Part shown: piece by piece, positions 54,200-64,000 of the stretch
Position numbering within the stretch: the first letter of the stretch is position 1
How the letters are laid out: every line of letters begins with the position of its first letter
DNA from: Octopus vulgaris
Taxonomy: Eukaryota
DNA length: 64,000 bases
Assembly: GCA_951406725.2 (NCBI GenBank)
Contig: OX597814.1
Span: 116,932,001 to 116,996,000, forward strand
Direction of reading: 5' to 3'
Notes under the pieces: generated by a model
Told to the model about the DNA's origin: nothing
The model's input: only the letters and a program-made list of their open reading frames with translations
Databases searched by the model: none
Program-made: the position numbers and the translations under genes

Positions 54200-56440
54200 G
54201 GGGCCTCCTTTAGATTTACAGACCTTATACCATACATGACATTCAGAGGTATGTACAGATAGATAAGCAGAGTAGTTGGTGGAGGTTCATTTACCATGGG
54301 TTCGCAAATGAGATTTGATCCCAGTAAAAGAAAAGCCAAATTGTGCACACAGAAAGGTAAGAGGTATTCATTTTCTCGTTGGTCGTAGCATTTTTCTTTA
54401 AATTTCTTTTGAGTTCTGCAGGATTTGGTTCATACTAGTTTCTTCAAAATTTTTCACTCAACTCCACACTTTTGTTCGCCATCATGTTCGATCTGAAGCA
54501 AATGTTCCTGTGACCTTCAGATCCATTCCAATTGACTTCATGTGAGCCCTTCTAGAATCCTTAACGTGTCCTTAGTGCAAGTTCGCCATAAAACAACTGT
54601 TTGTGTGTGCGTTCATCCGCCATTCGAGCAATGTGGCCTGTCGATCTCATTTGATTTTTCAATATCATTGATTTAATTAAACTGATACCTGCAGATGCAA
54701 AAACATTTTTGTCTGGAGTAAAAACAGTTATATTTAATGTTTAAAATACTGCGAAGATATTTTCAGAGGAACCTTTCTATTGATTTGAGATGTATTTCGC
54801 AACAGGCCTATGTATTAGAGGAACACATGAGGGATGGTAAGATAAAAGATTTGTAAAGAGCCAATTCTCTGTTGTTATCTATATGTTGCTGGAACCAAAC
54901 TCTTGACCCTAAATCACCAAATGCTTACGTAGCCCTTTGAATTCGCAACTGAATTTCTGTGTCCAGATTTCAATTATTTTGTAAGAGCTTCCAAGGCAGA
55001 TGAAGGAGCCACAACCTCAAATAATTTACAGTTGAAAATTCCTTCGGGTTACAAGAAGCACCACATTACAACTGTCTTTTTCAGGTTGATGGACAAACCA
55101 AAATCATCACATGCTAAGTCAGATGTTGATACAAGAGATTGAACTCCTGTTTCAGAGTGACTGACGAGATCGCAATCGGCAGCGTATTATAATGACTGAA
55201 GAAAAAGAAAACCTTCCTTTTGAATTTCAGTGTGGGCAAGTTAAAATCATTCCTTATTGTTTGATATTTTATGTAAAAAGAAACATCTTCGGAGTGCTGA
55301 AAACCGTGTGACAGTACAATAGCAAAGTATATTGCAAAGGTGGCGTGTGCATCAAGGTCTCATTGCTTTACTCTGTTTTCCACCGTAAAAGATTCAGAGA
55401 ACCTACCAACAAAATTAACTCTAGCTTTCATATCTTGATGCAAAGCCCTGATCATGCTCACAATTTTCTCTGGGCGCCCTATTTTCATGAGAATTAGCCA
55501 CAGAGCATTTCAATTTTACAATATCATATGCCTTGCTCAAATCAACAAAGCAAAGGTATAACGCATGATTCTGTTCAATGCACTTTTTCTGCAATCGTCT
55601 GATAGTAAAGATACAATCAACCGTGCCTCTGGAGGAGCAAAATCCATTTTGAGATTCAGATACTTTATTTGGAACCTTGTAGGAATTTAAATGTTCTAAC
55701 AGAATACGGGCAATTACCTTTCAAACGACAGACACAACCGAAATACCGCAAAAATTACCACACAGATCCTTCGATCTTAATTTATACTAAGAGACTAAAA
55801 TGGCATCAATCAAGTCTTGAGGCACTTCTTCTGTTCTTCAGAAGTGTCAGCTTAATATATTTAGGAGTTCAAGCATCATTTTATCACCCCCATATTTCAA
55901 GACCTCTTTATAGATTCCATCAGACCCTGAAGACAATGTTATTCAGCATATCCACAACCAAGTAAATGTCATTTAGAAATGGTTCACATGCCATCTCCTC
56001 TATCACTGGAAGATGTTTGTTTTTTTCTATCATCCCTATTTCAATGGCTGATAGTCTATTCAAAAGTTTAGGAAAATTTCTATTCAGCTCTTAGGAATAG
56101 AGGCGGTGTTAGTCAAAATCAAAAGTTCATTTGCTGTTCTGGTGCTATTAATGCTTTTGGGCGATATGGCTCCTTAACATAAGAGTACAAACCCTTGGCA
56201 TAATTTCCATCAGCTACCTCTTCCGCCCACTATGCCCTGATATTCCACCATTCCTGTTTCATTTTCCTTAGAGCAGTCTGGACTTTCCCTTTCAGCTTTC
56301 GGCAAGGTTCGTTTGAGTTGGGGTTCAAGGGCTGAAAAAGAAGAGTGCTGCGTCGATTTTGTTTTTCAAATAGGAGATCATAACTTTTTTGATGATTGTC
56401 CTGCAAATCAATCACTAGACTCACGTGATTTGACTCCTAC
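54200..56440 (-). mobile_element. RTE (BovB-like) LINE, degraded RT and C-terminus
   Basis: SRGTVDCIFTIRRLQKKCIEQN..LCFVDLSKAYD; IRALHQDMKA; LLYAADCDL; FGLSINLKKT; ends GIKSHLRTHGK*. Confidence 0.88.
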
Positions 56441-56483
56441 TGAAGAATTTTCAGTGAGATTTCATATATACATACGTACAGAC

Positions 56484-56484
<1 letters not shown>

Positions 56485-56526
<42 letters not shown>

Positions 56527-56625
56527 CATACATACATACATACATACATCCATCCATACATACATACATACATACATACATACATACATACATACATACA
56601 TACATACATACATACATACATACAG
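56485..56625. repeat. (GATA)n(CATA)n microsatellite
   Basis: Directly visible. Confidence 0.95.
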
Positions 56626-57669
56626 GCATAGATACATAGCAATGAGAAACAGAGAAAGAGGGAGATGGTTTCGTTGTATGGTTAGAAAGCTTCAATTTAA
56701 CCAATTTCAATGTACATTAGGCTTCTAATACACATTTTGCTATACATAAATCTTACCTAATAATGTAACAATCTTATCGTACGTATTGTGTGGACAACAG
56801 ACGATGTAATATGCCAGGAAAATCTCTCGTATATTATAAGACGGTATTTCAGATGTACATATACATTTCTGTAGTGTCGAAGAAGTTTTAAAGTTTTAGT
56901 GTAACGCTCTTTGTAATAAGATATTTTTGCGTATGTATGCATGTACACAATCACACAAACGCTCACACACACATACACACACAGCTCATACATGAACACA
57001 CATGCACACACCACACACATATACACACACACGCACATACACACATGCACACACACATATGAATTCCTAAATTGTGAGAGATGTGTTTATGTTTGGATAT
57101 ATTTTTGTATAAGTAGCAGCTTTACTTTGATATGTATATATTAACAACACGGCAATTTCAAATTTTATAGGATTGTTTTCCTGTCGAGTAGTTTTATTCT
57201 ATCGAAATTTAACGATACATAATTTAAATTCTGCGCTGGTGGTGTTATCTGTTCTTGGTATATTTCCATGAAACGTTGTGACTTACAGCAGACAGCCGAA
57301 AAACACTTTTCGGTTGTCATCAATTTGACATAAATATATAGAAAACCTTTGAGCAATGTAGTCTCTGTAAGATGATGTCAATAAATGAAAACAAAAACTT
57401 AAAGATGTGTTGAAACAGACTCGAAAGAAGGTAGTGAACTTCAGACTTGAAAAAGAAGTGGAAGGAGAAATAGTGCAAGAAGGAAAGAGGAGTGATTGGT
57501 GGAACGTGGAGAATCAGATAAAGTTGAGCGCGAGATGAAGAGAACAAATTAGTTTGCGAAAGGATTCGAAGGGTATGAGGAGGTGTAGGACTATAAAAAG
57601 GCATAGGAAACGTGAGCAGTTGTATTAGAGCAAGTTACAGCGCGGCAAACGTCGGAGACATCAACCCAA

Positions 57670-57792
57670 GCCTTTCATCCTTTCGATTGAATAAGTACAA
57701 GTTACGCACTAGGATCGATGTAACTGACTTAATCCTTTTCTCCTTGTTTGTCTCCTCTATGTTTAGCATCTGGTGGGTGATAAAGAAATAAA
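57670..57792 (+). mobile_element. SINE family C 3' fragment
   Basis: gcctttcatcctttcg...gttacgcactagg.tcgatgtaa...taaagaaata. Confidence 0.8.
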
Positions 57793-57808
57793 AGATATAA
57801 ATAATATT

Positions 57809-58010
57809 CCTGAAACAGCTGTAGGGAAGTTCAACGCATTTTTTTTAAACACCACACCTGGAATCTTCCCTACGTTGTATTTGCAATTCACAGTGGATCG
57901 TGAAACTGCTTCCCGGCATGCATTTGTGTATTTTTCATACACATGTATACCTATATAAATGTGGTTCTTGATTTGCGCATGTGCATGTATAGGTACTGTT
58001 AGGACATGTC
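57809..58010 (+). mobile_element. pLTR-like cassette starting with a hammerhead helix III remnant (GAAAC-AGCT-GTA)
   Basis: Homologous to the reverse complement of 59950-60165 (gaaacagctgtag.gaagttcaa; cagtggatcgtgaa.ctgc; tgcgcatgt); ends at (TA)n. Confidence 0.55.
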
Positions 58011-58011
58011 C

Positions 58012-58065
<54 letters not shown>

Positions 58066-58163
58066 ATACGTCGGTGCCAGTATGCGCTATTCACACTAAT
58101 GTTGAACCTGATTTAGTGTACCTATTATTATTAAATTACCCTCACTCCATTGAAACCTACAAA

Positions 58164-59395
58164 CAGGGGTTGGACAAAATTATACAAACACCTAATAATT
58201 TTGAAATATCTATAAAACCGTCAAAAGCTTGTTTCTTTTTATGTCATTTGATTTATATTAGTTTTGCTTAATATAGTTTGCTAAAATTGCTGTTTCTTTT
58301 CAAATATCATCAGAAAAAGGTAATTGAACTTCATTAAAATGGCAGATCTATCGAAAATTCGAAGAGGCTAAATTGTTGGTGCTCGTATGGCAGGTGCTAG
58401 CGTAACGAAAACAGCCGAAATGTTTGGTATATCAAGTGGTACTGTCTTGAAAGTAATGACAGCCTTTGAGAAAAGAGCAAAACCTCCTCGTCGAAACAAA
58501 ACTCCGGAAGAAAACAAAATCTTTCAGATAGGGACCGTCGGACTCTTACGCGAATTGTTAGAAAGGATCACAAAAGTACAGCTCCCAAAATTACTGCAGA
58601 GCTTAATCACCACCTCGCAACCCAGTTTCCACAAAAAACTCTTCGGTGGGAGCTGCACAAAGCTGGATTTTACAAGAGGGTTGCAAGCAGAAAACCACTA
58701 CTATCAAGAACAAACGTTGCAAAGCGTTTGGAGAGGAGTAAAAACCTATAGAATTGGTCACTAGGGCAATGGAAGAATGTTATTTTCTCGCACGAGTCAT
58801 CCGTTACCTTATTTCCGACCACGGGCCTAGTATACGTGTGAGGATAGCCAAAAGAAGCATTTGACCCAGACTGCCGTCTTCCAACTGTTCATTATGGAGG
58901 GGATCTGTGATAATCTGGGAGGGTGGGGGGTTGTATATCTTGGACATTCGCGGGCTCTATGGTTTCCCTTCATGGCAGAATTAATAGTCAAGGCTATTTA
59001 AATATTTTGTCTAATCAAATTCATTCTGTTGTTGCGGAACTATTTCCGGGGGGAAACGCAATCTTTCAGGATGATAATGCACCAATTCACACAGTTAAAG
59101 TTGTCACTGAATGGCACGAGTAACATTCTAATGACGTTGAGCATCTAATCTGGCCAGCACAGTCCCCAGATGTCAATATTATTGAATATTTATGGTGCAT
59201 TTTAGAAAAACAAGGAGTCGGCATTCTCCACAATCATCACTACAAGAACTGGAGACAGTTTTAGCTGAAGAATGGACAAAAATTCCTTTGGAAACAATTC
59301 AAACTTTGTACGAGTCCATACCTCGTAGAATTCAAGCTGCAATTACTGCCAAAGGCGATCCTACTTTCAGGTGTTTCCATTATTTTGTCCAACCA

Positions 59396-59398
<3 letters not shown>
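58164..59398 (+). mobile_element. Full-length Tc1-like transposon (D,D34E), inactive
   Basis: TIRs caggggttggacaaaattatacaaacacct / aggtgtttccattattttgtccaaccactg; TA on the right side. Confidence 0.95.
58339..59370 (+). pseudogene. Tc1 transposase pseudogene
   Basis: MADLSKIRRG*IVGARMAGASVTKTAEMFG; WKNVIFSHES; FQDDNAPIH; WPAQSPDVNIIEYLW; LYESIPRRIQAAITAKG. Confidence 0.92.
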
Positions 59399-59473
<75 letters not shown>

Positions 59474-59779
59474 ATGTATGTATCTATCTATCTATGTATG
59501 TATCTTTGTACGTATTGCAAATTTTCAAAACTTTTAACAGAAGCACAAAAAGAAAAGGAACGAATAAAATATACATTCTTCTTGTCGGTTATCGTCTCAA
59601 AACTCATTGTAATTTCACGCCTTTAGCGATAATATTGATCAATTTGGGTGGCATCAACAGCAAAAACTTGTTGACAATAATGAACGAACATGGAGGTCAG
59701 TGACGAAACAAACACGACACAGTGGGTAAGCTGCCGTACATCGCTGAGACATGGTACGACGTATTGTTAAACACTGCAT

Positions 59780-59827
<48 letters not shown>

Positions 59828-59949
59828 GAGGGAGAGAGAGAGAGAAACAGTAATTAGTAATATGATTAATTTCAATAAACGTATTTTATTGCTAAGGACT
59901 CCTTGTTAAGATCAAGATGACCATATACCGTTTAGGTATACATGCATAT

Positions 59950-60187
59950 GTCAATGCGTATACTGATATATCCTAATATGTACATGCGCATGAACAAATT
60001 CATACACTCTTCTATATAAATATACATATATAAGAAAATACGTATATATGCCTGCCGTGATGCAGGTTCACGATCCACTGTCAACTCCTGATCCAATTCA
60101 CCTAAGGTTCTACTATAAAGTAAGAACGCAAATCGTTTGAACTTCACTACAGCTGTTTCAGATACGTTTTCATTTTTTTTAGTGAAC
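59950..60187 (-). mobile_element. pLTR-like cassette with a hammerhead remnant
   Basis: Minus strand ttcac-(eroded core)-GAAAC-AGCT-GTA-gtgaa; homologous to 57809-58010. Confidence 0.55.
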
Positions 60188-60709
60188 GAAATGATAACGT
60201 TATGGGAAAAAAACTGAGAATTTAAGATTTTACATTTCGTTCAGAAAAAATTCCAAGATATGGAATATTTGTTGACCATCGCATTTTGAAAAGTAGTAAA
60301 GGAGTGAAGCTGTAGCGAAATATAGCCAACATCATGTGGTTAAGTGTCATGAATCGGTCAACAGACTAAGCCACACAAATTCTTTGTATTATATACATGG
60401 TGAGAGATAAAGTTTAATGGGAAGATTGAGAGAAGAAAAAAAAGAATACGGGTGAGGTGCGACACTATCATTGTAGAAGAGAAAGTGTAAAATCATGGAC
60501 TTTAAAATCATTGACGTCAAACAGCTAGATCGGAGACAATAACAACAGCATCATATCCGGAAGGAAATATTAGCATTTATATATACAATTCAAACACACA
60601 TACGTACACACATACATACACGCATATAAGCTAAAGCAAATATTTCTATGTATACATACATACATACATATACATACATACATCTCTCTCTGTCCGTCTG
60701 TCTGTCTGC

Positions 60710-60783
<74 letters not shown>

Positions 60784-60856
60784 GAATATTAGCTTTAGTT
60801 TATGTGAATCATGGTATGTATATGTGCGTGTATGTGTGTGTATATATTTACATATA

Positions 60857-61150
60857 TTTCATTTGATCTAGTTTCAGCTCATGAGTTGTGTTCATGCTGG
60901 AGCACCGCCATTTGTTGTTGCTACATAATTTTACTTCACTAATTCTTTATAGAAATTTACGTTTGGTGCATGGGGGAGTTTGATGCCGGTGCCCTCATCT
61001 GCGCTGAGTCCTGCGAAGTTGGTTATGTGTGACGCTGTAGAGTAAGAGGTGTAGTTTCGTTTTGAAGACACCTACATTCACCCTATGTAGATCTCTCAGA
61101 TCCTTCGGGAGAATATTGGATATCTGTGGGCCTTTAAAGCCCAGGCTGCT
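60857..61150 (-). mobile_element. CR1-group LINE 3' end
   Basis: SLGFKGPQISNILPKDLRDLHRVNVGVFKTKLHLLL, then a 3' UTR ending ggcggtgctccagcatg...gctgaaactagatcaaatgaaat. Confidence 0.8.
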
Positions 61151-61169
61151 TTATTTTTATCGTTCTCGG

Positions 61170-61843
61170 TAATGTTTTGGGGACACGACAAGCCAACGTT
61201 TGTTCTGTGTGTTTACTATCTGATGCTGAGACAAATTTTACTCGTCCGAGAAATACCAAAGCATGTTTGGTAGTAAGGTATGCTTGAGTTTGTTCCAAAG
61301 CTTCGTAGTGCAGTCTTTCCTCTTCTCCTTAATAGCCTGTGATAAATAATGGTCCTTTCGCAACTTGTTTGAGGAATACCGAATGTCTCCATGCATTATC
61401 TGCCAGATAAGAGACTCAGACACTCCCATGTCCCTAGTGATGGACCTAAGTTACTTGGAGAGATCGTTGTCAATCATGGCTTGGATCTCACAAACAAATT
61501 CAGGCGTACTTATCAGATTAATTGGAATAAGTTTTCCGAGATGCCATACCTTATTAACCAATATTAGACTTATCTAACGCTTTCTAAATCCTCTGCACTA
61601 TCCTCAGATTGACAACAAAACACTCTGAAATGCTCTTGTTGGAGCTTTCGGCGCGAATGCCAAGCGGTGCATCATATCGCTTCCAAATTTCTAGCAGACT
61701 GAGTTGCATCACGGTGTTGTTTTTCTCACACACGGTTCCCAACTGACCCTACTATTCAGCGTAGTCGACAAAATCAAAAACCAACCATGCGCATGCGTGA
61801 AATTAAAAATATAACATGGCAATAATTTACACATCGCATCCTG
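61170..61843 (-). mobile_element. Tc1/mariner superfamily (probably DD37D/maT-like) 5' half
   Basis: TA then caggatgcg terminus; RTPEFVCEIQAMIDND...RDMGVSESLI...WYFSDE...VNTQNKRW. Confidence 0.78.
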
Positions 61844-63009
61844 TATATATATATACATACATAGATTCACATACACACACACACATACACACACACGCAC
61901 CCCCCCCACATATATATATATATACAACCACAAATACAAACACACATATATACTAAGAAACATTTACATACATAAATCTACACTCATGGGCAAAATATCC
62001 ATATATATCAAATTGAATACGCAACCGAAACAGCTACCAATAATTTCATATTACTTGAACAGATATATATAAAATTCGCTCAGGATCTTAAAGCAATCAT
62101 TCAGGCTCTGTCTCTGTGTGCGTGTGACTGTGAAATTTATGACGTGCAATACTTTACAGATTAAGATTTCATAATTTTTTCAGCGCATTGCTACATATGT
62201 TTCGTCATGACATGTATTTTTATGGGAAAACCTCACCATACTCATAAGATATCATTAGATATTATTTATAATATCCAGGGATCCTATACAACTCCTATTA
62301 ATTCGAAATGCATACTTCTTCAGGCAATCTTTGCATTAGTTTTCGCCAAATTACTTTGTTGTTTAAGCTTCAGGATATTAATCATTTTACAGCAATCAAA
62401 AATTCCTGTTGGACAAATGGCCTGTGCTTGTAAATCCTTAAAAATTACTAGATTGATGGATGTATTGATAGGGCTTGTTTTGCATATCAATGCAAGTGGG
62501 CATGGAAGGTGAGAAAGAGGACGAAAAAGACTGAAAGAAGCGGAAGGAGATAAAATTGTGAGTTATATTCAGTTAACTGAGAGCATACAGGACGACAAGA
62601 AAAATAATAGAATGAAAGAACTGAGTATTGCAGAGTTGAGAGAAAGAAACGGAAAAAGAGAAGAGTGAGTGTTTTAAGGATGAGATTTAGTTGACATGGG
62701 AATGTCATTCTTCATCACCACCCGTGTGTCGATAATGAATAGACAACCTTTATAAATAAAATGGTTAATAAAAACTTTTTATCATTATCATTTTCCAGTT
62801 AATCATTTGGTAGAAACCGAATTATTTTATTCAATGGGTTTTGTGTTCGAAGGTATTTCACTTGGCTCCCGCTGTGCTGCCAATCTAGGCTTCTTAAAGT
62901 GGGAAGATCTTTGTACTCATAGTTCTATTAAACCCTCTGTTTAATAATGACTGCATTTTCACCAGTTTGTTATACTTCGGGCCTTTTTGCTCATGTATAT
63001 TTCATTGCT

Positions 63010-63262
63010 GTGGAGGCGAGTGGCTTAATGGTTAGTGTATGAGCATCATGATCGTAAGATTGTGGTTTTCGACTCCTGGACCGGGCGTCGCGTTGTGTTC
63101 TTGAGTAAAACACTTCCTTTCACGTTGCTCCAGTCCACTCACCTGGCAAAAATGAGTAACGCTGCGATGGACCGGCGTCCCGTCCAGCTGGAGAACACGT
63201 ACGTCATTGAAACCGGGAAACCGTGCCCATGAGCCTGGCTAGGATTTAAAAGGGCGCAAAAA
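63010..63262 (+). mobile_element. SINE family B, full length, with 13-bp TSD
   Basis: Homologous to 8411-8670; TSD atatttcat(t/c)gct at 62997-63009 and 63263-63275. Confidence 0.92.
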
Positions 63263-63909
63263 ATATTTCATCGCTATCATGTATTATACTTACATTATTA
63301 TGCATATAAGTCATTCCGATATGTCTTTTAACTATTGTCAGCTACATCTATACATGTAATATTTCTAATAATTTTTTTTTATTTCATATATTGGTTCTTT
63401 ATTTTCTGAATATGTTCCCAGAGTTCTTCTAGCGTCTGGTTTAGCTGCTATGGATGAATATTTGGTGTTTGCTTTGCACTGATTTTTCAAACTCCATGAA
63501 AGATTTCTTGGTTTGTGTGCCGACAAGATAATGCCGCCTCCAAATGTATATTTGTTATGTGTTCTTTATATATGATAATTTCAATACATTAGTTGCCTAC
63601 CCGTGATAACCCGTAATAAGTTTTGACATTTTTCACTATTAACAGTTTATATGTAAATTCTTCTCTGCTCGGTTTTGATCTCCAGGTGATGATGTGCAGT
63701 GGCTCGTATTTTCATCTGAAAATTATGCAATATAATTTGAGAGACAATTCTTCATCGTGTCATTGGATGCACTGATGCACACATATTTTCCTGCACTCCC
63801 ATATATTCACATTTATAAATCATGTCTCGTCTACCGCAGTTGTTTTAAAATTTACACTCTTCTACGCATACAGTTACTTGTTATCGCATTGTGTATGGTT
63901 TTATTATTC

Positions 63910-64000
63910 AGTGTTTAGAGCGTCAGACTCACAATCATGAGGTAGTGAGTTCGATTGCAGGGTTGGGCTGTGTGTTGTGTTCTTGAGCAAGACACTTTAT
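63910..64000 (+). mobile_element. SINE family B-related head (runs off the window)
   Basis: gagttcgatt B box and gtgttcttgagcaagacactt core. Confidence 0.7.

Noticed and set aside
57355-57660. Possible solo LTR (TG start, TATAAAA, short similarity to 62520-62560)
   Set aside because: No defined CA end, TSD, PBS or PPT could be identified.

Overview
This is AT-rich, microsatellite-dense eukaryotic non-coding DNA. The SINE families and repeat landscape look like an octopus (coleoid cephalopod) genome; that is inferred from recognising the repeats, not from a search. No host protein-coding gene can be confidently called. Most ORFs in the track are microsatellite artefacts, and only three weak candidate mini-exons were seen. 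The window is a mosaic of transposon relics: Penelope-like (GIY-YIG) retroelements, RTE, R4/Dong and CR1-group LINEs, Tc1/mariner transposons (one full-length mariner and one full-length Tc1 with TIRs), and about 25 SINE copies from four or more families. The most notable signal is a set of about ten minimal type I hammerhead-ribozyme motifs or remnants. Three sit at the 3' ends of Penelope ORFs and carry the compensatory U3-A8 core, and several sit in short non-coding cassettes embedded in (TA)n tracts. One forms the tail of a tRNA-headed SINE (22866-23192), suggesting a Pol III SINE that may be mobilised by the Penelope/ribozyme system.
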